Below, piece after piece: positions 32,477 through 42,833 of a stretch of DNA of 64,000 nt. This DNA is from Balanoglossus misakiensis (taxonomy: Eukaryota; Animalia; Hemichordata). Numbering within the stretch: the stretch's first letter is position 1; every line of letters starts with the position of its first letter. Both the position numbers and the translations under genes were made by a program. The stretch covers positions 124,001 through 188,000 of the forward strand of contig JBECUI020000027.1 of assembly GCA_040954595.2 (NCBI GenBank), written 5' to 3'. Below the pieces are notes generated by a model that was not told where the DNA came from, searched no databases, and saw only the letters and a list, made by a program, of their open reading frames with translations.

Positions 32477-33807
32477 ACGATAACTCCTTCTTTAAAAAGA
32501 TACCGATAAAGAATGGCTACACAGCGCTCACAATCCTGGTCATCAATAACAAGGCTGGTGTTGTGCTCTGAGGCTCCGTGAGAAAACATTCGGACATGAA
32601 TGCCCTCGCTGTTAAGAGCCCGCATGATTTTTTCTAAAATATCTGATGAGTAATCAAAATTTCCTATAAGAGACACAATGGACTTATTATCATGCAACTT
32701 TACTGTAGCGACCCGCTGCAGCTTCTCCTGCAATAGGGAGAGCCGATGATGGCTGCCTAGGGTCAGGGAAATGCTGACTTCGCTTGTGGCAATCACATCG
32801 ACAGAAAGGCCGAGTTCAGAGAAAATCTGAAAAACCGTGGCGAGAAATCCTGACTGCCCTAACATCCTTGTAGAAGCAATATGGACCAGAATCTGCTGTT
32901 TTTTATGGGCTATGGCAACCACTTTATTTCCTTGGGTATCGCGATGATTTAAGATCAGGGTTCCCGCAATAGAGGGGCTGCGGTGGTTTTTCACCCTGAC
33001 GGGTATTTCACTGCTCATGGCAGGCAAGATAGAAGTGGGGTGGAGTACCTTGGCTCCAAAATAGGCGAGTTCCGCTGCCTCAGCAAAAGAGAGCCGGGCT
33101 ATGGGTTGGGCCTCTGCAATCAAACGGGGATCGGCCGAAAGAATGCCATCGACATCTTTCCAGAGCTGAATCTCCTTAGCTCCTAAAGCCTTACCAAGCA
33201 CCGAAGCGGTCAAGTCAGTGCCTCCCCGCCCTAAAGTGGTAATATTCCCTTGGATATCCTTGGCAATATAACCTGTAACTACGGGAATTCCAGTTCTCTC
33301 TTCCTTGAATTGTTCTCTGATTCTCCGGTAGGATTCCGGTAAGACCTCGGCACGGGTAAAATCGGAAGTGGTCATAATCCCGGCATCCCAGCCATTAACA
33401 TAAAAAGAAGCCAAGCCCAGGCCATTCAGATAGGCAGAAAAGATCTGTACAGAAATTCTCTCTCCAAAAGAGACCAGCAAGTCCTGTGACTTCAAGCTGG
33501 ATTCCCTGGTGAAGGAAATCCTCGTTAATAGAGAATCAAGCTCCATAAGGAGTTCATCGACCAGAGTTTCAGGCAATTCCAACTGGGCAATCAGATCTCG
33601 ATGGAAATTCTCTATTGTCTTGAAGCTATCTTTCTGCTTCAGGGCATTCTGCCAGGCCTCAAGAAGTTCGTCCGTCGTGTTCCCCATGGCAGAAAGGACC
33701 AGAACGGGGTTCTGAGCGAGTTGCTGTTCTACGATGGCGGCACTCTCCCTGATTCTCTCTGCGGTTTGTAAGGAGCTACCCCCGAATTTCATTACAATCA
33801 TGTTCAC
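32473..33807 (-). CDS. lysC: Aspartate kinase
   Basis: VMKFGGSS, VLSAMG.TTD.L, SFGER, TTLGRGGTD, WKDVDG..SADPR, ELAYFGAKVLHP, two ACT domains. Confidence 0.95.
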   Translation of the reverse strand: MNMIVMKFGGSSLQTAERIRESAAIVEQQLAQNPVLVLSAMGNTTDELLEAWQNALKQKDSFKTIENFHRDLIAQLELPETLVDELLMELDSLLTRISFTRESSLKSQDLLVSFGERISVQIFSAYLNGLGLASFYVNGWDAGIMTTSDFTRAEVLPESYRRIREQFKEERTGIPVVTGYIAKDIQGNITTLGRGGTDLTASVLGKALGAKEIQLWKDVDGILSADPRLIAEAQPIARLSFAEAAELAYFGAKVLHPTSILPAMSSEIPVRVKNHRSPSIAGTLILNHRDTQGNKVVAIAHKKQQILVHIASTRMLGQSGFLATVFQIFSELGLSVDVIATSEVSISLTLGSHHRLSLLQEKLQRVATVKLHDNKSIVSLIGNFDYSSDILEKIMRALNSEGIHVRMFSHGASEHNTSLVIDDQDCERCVAILYRYLFKEGVIV

Positions 33808-34206
33808 ACCAGAATAAATTTCTCCCCATCTTATTTTTTCCCATCTTTATAACTAGAAAAAAGAAGAATGAAATTTTAAAGAATTTCTATTTTTGTGTAG
33901 AGAAATAAGAAGAAAGGGCCCGTTTGGAAGAGACTGAAAGAACCATAGGAGTATTAGCACTCACTTTGCCGGGAAGGTTCAGCTCCAGGCAATACCTCTT
34001 AAGATGATACATCATTACCTCCACATGAAAGGTGAATAGTAGGAAATAAAACTTTAAGAAGTCAAGTCTTTCAAAAACTTCCTGTAAGTTTATGGAAAAA
34101 GGGGGGGGAAAACTCTGTTCCAGAAACTGAAGAATCTTTAGAATAGATCCTTAAATACCAGACCACAATCAGGAAGGGTCTGCAAAAAACATGAAGAAGA
34201 CAAAAT

Positions 34207-34872
34207 ATGAATGCACAATCTCTAGCGGAATCACGATATGAGGCCCACGCCAGTACAATAGACAGCTTGGTGGTCTTTCTCCACGGCTATGGTGCCGACG
34301 GAGATAATCTCCTTGGCATATCCCAATTTTTAGCGCCTCATTTGCCTCATACCCTTTTCCTGGCTCCCAATGCACCACAGCCCTGCCTGGTCAATCCAGG
34401 GGGGTTTCAATGGTTCCCTGTTCCATGGCTGGATGGTAGTTCGGAGACCCAGGCCAGAGAAGGTATGCTTGCGGGAACTCTGATATTAGATACCTGGTTG
34501 GACAAGGCCATACAAAGAGAAGGTATAGAAGCAGGACGAACTTGTCTTTTCGGCTTTTCCCAAGGCACCATGATGGCCCTGCATGTAGGACTGCAAAGAA
34601 AAGAAACCTTGGCGGGAATAATTGGTTTCTCTGGTGCCTTGATGGGTGGGGAGAACCTCATAAATGAAAAGGCCAGCGCAGCTCCTGTTCTCCTTATCCA
34701 TGGTGATCAGGATGAGGTGGTTCCTCCAGTCCGCCTGCAAGAAGCCTTGGAGGGTCTAAGTGCCGCCGGCATTAAGGTTGAAAGTCATATCTCCCGAGGG
34801 GTGGGTCATGAGATTGCAGCGGATGGTCTGGAGCTGGCTCTGGAATTCTTGAAGAAGCAACTGAAAACTTAA
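34207..34872 (+). CDS. Phospholipase/carboxylesterase (alpha/beta hydrolase)
   Basis: LHGYG, GFSQG nucleophile elbow, HGDQDEVVP, GHEI catalytic triad motifs. Confidence 0.92.
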   Translation: MNAQSLAESRYEAHASTIDSLVVFLHGYGADGDNLLGISQFLAPHLPHTLFLAPNAPQPCLVNPGGFQWFPVPWLDGSSETQAREGMLAGTLILDTWLDKAIQREGIEAGRTCLFGFSQGTMMALHVGLQRKETLAGIIGFSGALMGGENLINEKASAAPVLLIHGDQDEVVPPVRLQEALEGLSAAGIKVESHISRGVGHEIAADGLELALEFLKKQLKT

Positions 34873-35118
34873 CCCGGCTCCTCAGCGAGTAGCCCCTAAG
34901 TCCTCGTTCTCCCCAAACTGGAATTGGGATAATTTTGCTCTGACTTTCTCTCTCTCTCTCCTGTGTTTGTGACTCTCTTCATTTAATCGGTATAGGCACG
35001 GGGATTAAAGGGAATCCGGGGGGAGAATTCCAGAGAATCTGGCCCTGGACCTCCACCAACATGGTAAAAAAAGGCGCTCAGGGGAAATGTCGTGTTTAAG
35101 CATCGGCAAAACCAGTTT

Positions 35119-35958
35119 TTAAGGTGACTTGTCTCCAAATGCCTTAAAAACCTGTTGGATGTACCAGCTGCGGAGGGCGGCTATGCGGCTGGAAAAAGAC
35201 ATCTGTGCCCGGCTTCTTAAGGACTTCATGTTAACGGTTGCAGCCACCACCGTCCCATAAAGAAGCAGCCCCTCCTGAACGGGGATCACAATAAGGTGAA
35301 TCTGCATGTTTTCCGGTTTGATGAGCCGAAGGATGCCCTTGTAGCGCATGGGGGTGAGATTGAGAATGCTGGCTCCAAAGACGTTCTGCTCTACCTGAAA
35401 AGTCATTGACGATTGGTTAGTGCCAAAACTCAAATCCTTCTGGTGGATGAAGATTTTATCCCAGGCAGGTATGTTGGAAACCAGCAGGTCAGGAAGAGGG
35501 CGCTGCCGCTGAGGATCGTCAATAACCCAGGATTCCACAAAAAACACCTTTAAGGCTTTTTCGCTGTGAGAAAAGTATTCAATCCCTTCCAGAGTGCTTA
35601 CGGAACGGAGCAGGTTATAGAGAGTAAGAGCAGCCTCGTCACGATCGGCATTTCTGTAGGCATCGGGAAGGTCGGTGACAAGAGATATCTCTTCTATACC
35701 GATGTTTGCTCCCATGGCATTAACCTGGGCCTGAATGGTTTCCTGTAAAGGATTGTGAGGAAGTAAAATAAGTTCCACATCTCCAGACTGGAAGGAAAGC
35801 ACTGGTTCACCAGTTTTTAAGGTAGCTTTCTGCTCGGTGTTCAGAGGGAGGAGAAGGGGGTCAAGGGGAAGAAAGTCTTGTGAGGATTCTGCTGAAAGTT
35901 CGTGCGTTACCAGAGGTACAAGTGCTACAAGAAAAAAAAAACTTTTCAGGAGATTCAT
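35119..35958 (-). CDS. Exported protein, DUF6675-like (spirochaete family)
   Basis: Signal peptide; SVSTLEGIEYFS.S...FF.ES.VID...P.PD...QKDL.FG pattern recalled from spirochaete hypothetical proteins; overlaps the aroA stop. Confidence 0.7.
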   Translation of the reverse strand: MNLLKSFFFLVALVPLVTHELSAESSQDFLPLDPLLLPLNTEQKATLKTGEPVLSFQSGDVELILLPHNPLQETIQAQVNAMGANIGIEEISLVTDLPDAYRNADRDEAALTLYNLLRSVSTLEGIEYFSHSEKALKVFFVESWVIDDPQRQRPLPDLLVSNIPAWDKIFIHQKDLSFGTNQSSMTFQVEQNVFGASILNLTPMRYKGILRLIKPENMQIHLIVIPVQEGLLLYGTVVAATVNMKSLRSRAQMSFSSRIAALRSWYIQQVFKAFGDKSP

Positions 35959-37286
35959 CGAGGAACTTCCTCTACGATTAGAGCTTCTTCCAATAGGGAG
36001 AAAAAGTTCGGAAAGGTCACATCCACCGCCTCGGCATCCATAATGCTGGTCTCTCCTTTAGCCCCCAGGGCAGCTATAGCCAGGGCCATAACGACTCTAT
36101 GATCCCCGCAAGACTTGACCACAGTACCCCGAAGGGCAGGTGAATTGCCAGAGGTTTCTCCCCGACCCCGAATTATTAAACCATCGGGGAGTTCTTCAAT
36201 GTCAGCTCCCATGGCCCGCAATTCCGATGCCATAAGAGCAATTCGGTCGGTCTCTTTCATTCGTGCTTGAGGAACATTTTCTAAACGGGTCTCTCCCCGA
36301 GCAAAGCAGGCCACCGCCGCCAGAGCCGGCAGAGCATCGGGGGTATCATTCAAATCTAGAACAACCCCTGAAAGTGCTCGGCCCTGAATGCGTATTCCCT
36401 CTGAGCTGCTCTCCACCCGACAACCAAAGGCTTCCAGCATTTCCAAGACCTCCTTATCCCCTTGAGGATCTTCCATATCCAAACCCGAAAGAGTCAAAGT
36501 GGAGCCCGTAATAGCAGCAGCAGCAAAAAAGAAGGTGGCCGAAGACCAATCCCCGGGAATATGCTGGTCAAAGGAGCGGTAGGACTGCCCACCGGGAATT
36601 GAAAAAAGCTCGTAATCCTTTCTTGTGTATTGTATCCCTTGACTATCAAGCCAGCCCAAGGTAAGCCCCACATAGGGTGCCTCGTTAAGAAGGATAACGC
36701 TAATAATACTTTTTGACGGACCAGCAGAAGATCTGATTAGAGGGGCTGCCAGGAGGAGTGCCGAGAGATACTGGCTGACAGAACTTTCCAGGCTGACCCA
36801 CCCTCCCCTAAGGGGACCCTTCACGGAGTAGGGAGCACAGCCGCCTACTCCCTTCCTGGTAATTTGTGCCCCCAGCTTTTCAAGGGCTAAAAGCAGATTC
36901 TCTGCGCTTCGCCCCCGAAGTTGCTCATCTCCGTCAAAATGAATTTCCTGGCTGCCCAGGGCGGCCAGGGCCGTGGCTAGATAAAGAGTTGTTCCTGAAT
37001 TTCCTACATCAATAACCTTCCCCGAAGTTCGAGGGAGACCGTCTATGCCAAGAATCTTCCAGGTGTCACCCTCCTCGGTGACTCTGGCTCCCCAGGCTTC
37101 TATTACCCGGCGGCAGCTATAGCTGTCCAGACATTCCAATGGCTTCCTGAGACAACTTTCTCCAGAAGCCATGGAGGAAACCAAAAGAGCCCGAACGGTC
37201 TGGGACTTGGAGGCGGGCATGGAAACCGTTCCGCTAAGACGGGGGGGAGGGCGATGAGGAAGCCAACCAGAAATTCTGCGCATCAT
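35955..37286 (-). CDS. aroA: 3-phosphoshikimate 1-carboxyvinyltransferase
   Basis: PASKS...RA, GNSGTT, SSQ-like VSQYLSALL, PY..LT, GDWSSA.FF, QGD, R.KETDRI, DHR..M, TFPNFF; start likely near 37286 rather than 37379. Confidence 0.96.
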   Translation of the reverse strand: MMRRISGWLPHRPPPRLSGTVSMPASKSQTVRALLVSSMASGESCLRKPLECLDSYSCRRVIEAWGARVTEEGDTWKILGIDGLPRTSGKVIDVGNSGTTLYLATALAALGSQEIHFDGDEQLRGRSAENLLLALEKLGAQITRKGVGGCAPYSVKGPLRGGWVSLESSVSQYLSALLLAAPLIRSSAGPSKSIISVILLNEAPYVGLTLGWLDSQGIQYTRKDYELFSIPGGQSYRSFDQHIPGDWSSATFFFAAAAITGSTLTLSGLDMEDPQGDKEVLEMLEAFGCRVESSSEGIRIQGRALSGVVLDLNDTPDALPALAAVACFARGETRLENVPQARMKETDRIALMASELRAMGADIEELPDGLIIRGRGETSGNSPALRGTVVKSCGDHRVVMALAIAALGAKGETSIMDAEAVDVTFPNFFSLLEEALIVEEVPR

Positions 37287-37660
37287 GGCAAAAAACCGCT
37301 GATTTTTATAACGACAAGAGCAGAAGATAACAAGGCTAGAGTTTTTCTCCTTTGTGCTAAATTCAGATCGAACATACAAGTAGAAAAAAATAATTTAAAA
37401 GAGTCCAGCAAAATATTTTTCCCCATAAAAAACCATGCCTAGAAAGTTTAACTTCCTTAGAAAATTACTTCAAGACAAAACCACACCCAGCCTCCCGACA
37501 CAGGAAAACTCCATTCAGGGAGCTTGATTTACCCCATCCCTTAAAGATTCCCCCCGTCGTTGAATCCAAGCGACCATAGGTAGCACACTGGTTCGCTGTT
37601 AGACATCAGTAGCGATTAACCCTTTTCTACAGTATAATTAAAAATTATTATAGAGATATT

Positions 37661-40600
37661 ATGAATCGGATGAAACTTCCTTGGTTGATAGCGTATTTTT
37701 TTACCTTCATAAGCATCTTCATTGGTGTGGAAGAGTTACGGGCGCAAGAAATAGTTTGGACATGGGTAGGGATCACGAGCTCCGATTGGACCGAATCCTC
37801 CAATTGGACGTCTACCACCAACGCAAATAATTATCCAGGTTATTACGCTGGCCCTCCGCCTGTTCCCCTTGAGCATGTCTATATCCCCAGCAACGCTCCT
37901 GCAGACCCCAGTCTTTCTTTGCTCTCCGAAAACAGTATAACCATCACAGGTCGTTTCTTTCTTGGCGATACCTCTATATTGCCCGTAAAGCTGGAACTGG
38001 CAGGAAAAGGCCTAACGGTAATGGGCTCGGTGAAACTTAGCGGAATAATAACCGGAGGAGGAACAATCAACTTCCAGAATGATGTTGAAGTTTCGGGAAA
38101 TACCACTTTAAGCACCGTAGGAACAAGTGATGGCGACATTGTTTTGGGTAGTAATGCTGCCAAGAATGTAAAACTGGGAGCTAATCTTGTTATAGAAACG
38201 ACAACAGGCAATATCAACATAAATGGAAAGGTTCTTCGTGAAACTGGATCTCCAACTCTAAGTATTAACACACAAGGCACGGTTTCGGTGATAGAAAGCG
38301 TAAGCAAGCAATCCGATAGGTTATCGGCCATCATTTTTAACTTCAGTGGACAAGGAAGATTTGCAAGCAATGCCATACCCTCACTTTTTGCCGAAAACTT
38401 CATAAGGATTCAAGGAGTATCAGGTTCCCTCACCCAGCAACTGAACAGCAGCATCATGACCAGGGAACTTATTGTTTCGACAAAGCCAAGAATTGCCAAT
38501 ATCCCTTCTTCTATTTCTCTTTCTAATGACAATGTTATCGGGACTCCTACCTTGGAGGGCACAGTCAGCCTAACCACGGAAGATAGGGGCCGTATCCATC
38601 TTGTTAACAAGTCCATTGGAAAATTGCGGATAGTCGACAAGGTTGAATCAAATGGTGGCGATATTTCCATTGAACATGAAGAAGGTGCGCTTATTATTGC
38701 CTACCCTATTTCTACACCCCAAGGGAATGTCAGCCTGAAAGCCCAAAAGGTACTTATAGAAACCGCTTTGGGTACATCACCCTTAGCTCTGGGCTCCATG
38801 ATAATAACAGCAAGTCTCAACATTGAACTTGGGGGAGACATCGTAACAAATTCCGGTGGGGTATCGTTTATGGGCCCCCTGGAAGTAACAAACGATCTCA
38901 CGATTGACTCAGGAGGACCCGGAGCTAACATCCTTTTCGAGAGCACTATCAATGGCGATAGGAACAACCATACCATGCGGCTCGATGCTGGAGCAGGTTC
39001 CATCTCCACTGCTGGAGAAATCGGTAACAGCATTCCCATTGGGACCCTGGATGTAGAGGCCAGGGGAGGCTTCAGCCAAGGAGGCAAAGTTACCTTGGCT
39101 GAAGATCTTATTATTCAAACAGAAACCCCCTACGAACTTAATGGGCATGACCTTATGATCGGGGGAAGGCTTAACTGTCTTGGCACACTGAGAGCTCAGG
39201 ATTTGGAAACCATCACCATCAAAACCGATATCTACATCAATACCTTTGAGCCAGCCTTGAGCAAGGTTGTCCTGGACGGTAATCAGGATGGAAGTATCGA
39301 TACTCTGGAGTCGGCAAGATTTTACGATCTCACCATAAACAAAACTTCCTCTTCCATTAGCTCTTCCAATAATGGGATCACCGTTATCAACTCCCTCCAG
39401 ATGCTCAGCGGCACATGGAATGCTGGTAATGGGCTTAGCCATACTATCTCGGGAAACTGGGATTCCCGTTCCATAACTTTTCGGAGCGACAGGTCCTTGA
39501 TTGTCCTTGCAGACCTGGGCGATATCCCTCCTGCTTCGCTTCCTCAAATCTTTCTGAACCCCGGAGAGGGTTTCCATGACCTGGAAATCAAGAACAGCAG
39601 AAATGCGGCCAGCTCTCTGGAACTAGCCAATAAACTCTCTATTACTGAAACGGCAGTCTTGTTCACAGGCCTTAACAACAGCATCACTGCGGGAGGAGAT
39701 GTTTCTATTGATTTGGAAGCCGAGATAACGGTAGGGTTCAATGGGAACCTGAAAGTGGACCGAGATCTTCGTATAGCCGGAACACTTGAACTTCAGGGCA
39801 ACAGAGCCCTGGAGCTAGGGAGAAACTTGGATATTACCGATGGAGCTTTCCTTTATCCCGACAATGGAGGAAGGGTTACGTTTAATGGAGGAAGAGTCCA
39901 GAAACTAACCAGCGCCGGCTCAGACCTCAACAATATCGAAATCAATAACGCTAGCACCCTCAATCTCAATGATAAATTGACGATTAATAATGGACTTTTT
40001 ATTACAAACGGGGCATTTAATCCTGGCAATCACACCATAAACTTTCAAGGCAGCCTCTGGTCAGTAGACAGCAACAATGGCAGCTTCGATCATTCCGTTA
40101 TTGTGGACGAGGAGCAGGGAGAAAGGAACAGACGGGTTGTATTTGCCAATTCCGGAATCACAAATATTTCAGGAAAAAGCACTTTTTTTGATTTTGTCTG
40201 CAGCATTCCAGGAGCCCAGTTGCAATTTGCCGTAGGCACAGAACATCTACAAACCATAAACAACCTCTTTTTTGTTACAGGAATCGAAAATAACCAAATA
40301 CGATTGACGGGAAACAACTCCACAAATCATTGGTTTATCAATGTTAAAAAGGAGGCCTTTATCAAAGAAACCTATGTGGAATGGAGTTCGGCTACGAGTC
40401 CCATTCTTCTCTATGCCAGCTGCATCGATGGGGGGTATACCATTAATTGGTTTTTTACAATTTCCATCGAGTCCAGTTATGCAGAAGATAGCGATAGAAA
40501 CGGTAAAATTGACACGATCCGGGTTCGTGTAAAAGAGGGTACGGTGCTCAGCACAGCAACTCCCTATGATCCCGGCAGAGTTAAGGCAGAGGTTCAGGAC

Positions 40601-42022
40601 CAGGAGGTCTTGGGGATCTCCAGTAGCGACAAAAACGGTGCGGCGCGAGTGAGCGACAACGAATTTTTTATTCACCTGGAAGAACCAGCCAGCTTTGATA
40701 CCAGTTCCTCACTACGATGGAAGCTCACCGCCAATGGAAGGAACGGCATTGAAAGCAGCTCTGATTCCAAGATTATCGAGTACGGTGCGATAAGCACCTG
40801 GAACGATACCGTCGACAGGGCTCCTCCGAAAATTACTCTTTCTCTTGCTGTGGCCAATGGGCGCAATGAGATTTTTGTTAGATTCTCGGAATTGGTAAGA
40901 CAGCACAATGGGGATCCTATTGCCGCCGATAACTTCCGCTACAACGGAAAGGCAAACATTATAGGAATGACCCGAATAGATAGCTCCGATGAGGGAACTT
41001 CTGAAATCCTGCTGCTTCTGGATAGCCCCGTCACAGCGGACGAGGTTCTTAACTACCAAAGTATCGAGGTCCTGAGCTACATCGATGATATGACCAGAGT
41101 AACCTTTCCCAACTCCCCCCCCCCGCCTTCTGATCCATTGTATCCCAGTCCCGGAGATCCCCTTTTAGAGGTGGGAACTACCCACCGCGTTTCAGACTTG
41201 GCTCTTGGAATTGTTGGTGACGGAGTAATAGAAGCCGTCTATGGGCAAAGCGCTACTATAGAAGTTTCTGAAGGGGGACCTGGAAGGGTCTCAAACTTTG
41301 ATGGTTCTGATTATCTTCAGTGGGATGATATCTATATTGAGGCTCATATACACAACGACTATGCCTCCCCGGGGTCCAATTCCCCTAACGTTGATATTGT
41401 CTATGCTCTCAATGTCCCTAGCAACTACCGTAGCGATGGGCTCTGGCTCCCTTCTTCCGGTGTAGATGGAATATTCGACCTGGTTGCAGAAACTTACCCC
41501 AACACCGTAAGCATTGCCCAAAGAAGTGCCAATCTGTCCAACGTGCAGCTGCGTGGTTTTGACATCCCCAAAGAATCGGAACAACTAGAAAATAGAGGCC
41601 TTGTCGATTTCTTTTTCCGCATTAACCGGAGTCCCCAACCTCTCTACGGCGCCAGAGTTATTAGTGAGAGTTCCATGCAGTGGTACTCGGAAATACGGCC
41701 CTGGTCCTTTACCTTGAGAGACATCCTACGCCAAAAAGGAAGGGTTACCATACTCAACAATATTTTTAACCCTGAAAAAGAGGAAAGGTCCGCCATCAAC
41801 TATATTCTGGATAAGGGGGGGAATGTGAGCATCCAGGTTTTTGATTTATCCGGCGGCAAGGTTATGGTGCTTCAACAGGGTTTCCAGGAGGCCGGAGAAT
41901 ACACCATTGCCTGGACAGGAAGGAATATGAGCGAAAAAATCGTCTCCCGGGGGATATACTTCATCCGGATTGTGGGGCCGGGGGGAGTCGATGAAATACG
42001 CAAGGTCCTGGTTGTCCGATAG
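37661..42022 (+). CDS. Large exported surface protein, beta-helix-like N-half and C-terminal FlgD-type Ig domain
   Basis: Signal peptide; WTWVG..SSDW...SNW start; G/N/T/I-rich repetitive beta strands; DSDRNGKID Ca-binding-like motif; C-terminal VTILNN..NP...WTGRN...VSRGIYFIRI...RKVLVVR. Confidence 0.85.
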   Translation: MNRMKLPWLIAYFFTFISIFIGVEELRAQEIVWTWVGITSSDWTESSNWTSTTNANNYPGYYAGPPPVPLEHVYIPSNAPADPSLSLLSENSITITGRFFLGDTSILPVKLELAGKGLTVMGSVKLSGIITGGGTINFQNDVEVSGNTTLSTVGTSDGDIVLGSNAAKNVKLGANLVIETTTGNININGKVLRETGSPTLSINTQGTVSVIESVSKQSDRLSAIIFNFSGQGRFASNAIPSLFAENFIRIQGVSGSLTQQLNSSIMTRELIVSTKPRIANIPSSISLSNDNVIGTPTLEGTVSLTTEDRGRIHLVNKSIGKLRIVDKVESNGGDISIEHEEGALIIAYPISTPQGNVSLKAQKVLIETALGTSPLALGSMIITASLNIELGGDIVTNSGGVSFMGPLEVTNDLTIDSGGPGANILFESTINGDRNNHTMRLDAGAGSISTAGEIGNSIPIGTLDVEARGGFSQGGKVTLAEDLIIQTETPYELNGHDLMIGGRLNCLGTLRAQDLETITIKTDIYINTFEPALSKVVLDGNQDGSIDTLESARFYDLTINKTSSSISSSNNGITVINSLQMLSGTWNAGNGLSHTISGNWDSRSITFRSDRSLIVLADLGDIPPASLPQIFLNPGEGFHDLEIKNSRNAASSLELANKLSITETAVLFTGLNNSITAGGDVSIDLEAEITVGFNGNLKVDRDLRIAGTLELQGNRALELGRNLDITDGAFLYPDNGGRVTFNGGRVQKLTSAGSDLNNIEINNASTLNLNDKLTINNGLFITNGAFNPGNHTINFQGSLWSVDSNNGSFDHSVIVDEEQGERNRRVVFANSGITNISGKSTFFDFVCSIPGAQLQFAVGTEHLQTINNLFFVTGIENNQIRLTGNNSTNHWFINVKKEAFIKETYVEWSSATSPILLYASCIDGGYTINWFFTISIESSYAEDSDRNGKIDTIRVRVKEGTVLSTATPYDPGRVKAEVQDQEVLGISSSDKNGAARVSDNEFFIHLEEPASFDTSSSLRWKLTANGRNGIESSSDSKIIEYGAISTWNDTVDRAPPKITLSLAVANGRNEIFVRFSELVRQHNGDPIAADNFRYNGKANIIGMTRIDSSDEGTSEILLLLDSPVTADEVLNYQSIEVLSYIDDMTRVTFPNSPPPPSDPLYPSPGDPLLEVGTTHRVSDLALGIVGDGVIEAVYGQSATIEVSEGGPGRVSNFDGSDYLQWDDIYIEAHIHNDYASPGSNSPNVDIVYALNVPSNYRSDGLWLPSSGVDGIFDLVAETYPNTVSIAQRSANLSNVQLRGFDIPKESEQLENRGLVDFFFRINRSPQPLYGARVISESSMQWYSEIRPWSFTLRDILRQKGRVTILNNIFNPEKEERSAINYILDKGGNVSIQVFDLSGGKVMVLQQGFQEAGEYTIAWTGRNMSEKIVSRGIYFIRIVGPGGVDEIRKVLVVR

Positions 42023-42036
42023 GGAGTAAAACAGGC

Positions 42037-42744
42037 TTAGTGGTTTTCTTGCGATACTCTTCCCCGGCGATAAAATTCTTCTTCCAGCTCCCTGGCCCTG
42101 GGCAGTGTTTTGCGGAGCCACCGAAGGGTGGTCTTCTTCTTGTCTTCTTCGTCTAGCTGCCAAGAAAGAGAACTTCCTTTAAGTCGTCGAGAGAGAATGT
42201 AAAGAATAATGGCGGCACTGGCCGAAAGATTAAAACTGTCCACAAAGCCCACCATGGGAATTGTCAGAAATTCATCGGCCTGGGTGTATACATGTTCAGA
42301 AATGCCGTCTTTCTCAGTTCCCAGGACCAAGGCCGCAGGACCTGAACAAAGGTTGAGAGTTTCAGGACTGAAGTTTTTTCTTGCCTGGGGCACCGTGGCT
42401 ACAATTCTGTAGCCACGGGCCTTCAAATCTTTGAGGACCTGGGAGGTATTGTTTCCCTCCTGATCTCGATGTTTATAGATATCCAACCATTGTGCCGTTC
42501 CCAAGGCCACGTTGTCGTCTATCTGGCAGCGATTGTTATTCTCTATTACATGAATCTCCTGTATCCCCAGGGCATCACAGTGCCGAAGGACAGCACTGGC
42601 GTTCTGGGCCTGGTAGATGTCCTCAAGAACCACAGTAAGATAACGAGTACGTTGCTCCAGAACCGTAACCATTCTTTCCTGCCGTTGTTGACTCAACTGC
42701 TTTAGAAGAAAGGTTGTGAGGGTTTCCATAAAATTCTCCTGCAA
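42037..42744 (-). CDS. trmH: SpoU/TrmH-family RNA 2'-O-methyltransferase
   Basis: VVLEDI...NASAVLR.CDALG, LVLGTEKDGIS, IPMVGFVDSFNLSAS; start may be the ATG 15 nt downstream. Confidence 0.88.
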   Translation of the reverse strand: MQENFMETLTTFLLKQLSQQRQERMVTVLEQRTRYLTVVLEDIYQAQNASAVLRHCDALGIQEIHVIENNNRCQIDDNVALGTAQWLDIYKHRDQEGNNTSQVLKDLKARGYRIVATVPQARKNFSPETLNLCSGPAALVLGTEKDGISEHVYTQADEFLTIPMVGFVDSFNLSASAAIILYILSRRLKGSSLSWQLDEEDKKKTTLRWLRKTLPRARELEEEFYRRGRVSQENH

Positions 42745-42833
42745 AACAATGGTGCATCATAAACTTTCAAGGTTCCTTTGAAATAGCTGTCCACGTTGAC
42801 TACTCGTAAAAAGAAATACTAAAGTAAACAACT

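Noticed and set aside
33808-34200. Lysine riboswitch upstream of lysC
   Set aside because: An AGAGG is present on the minus strand but I could not find the other L-box conserved elements or stems; an Rfam scan would settle it
34946-34961. Short (TC)n run
   Set aside because: It is short and lies between convergent genes, with no evident coding or promoter effect
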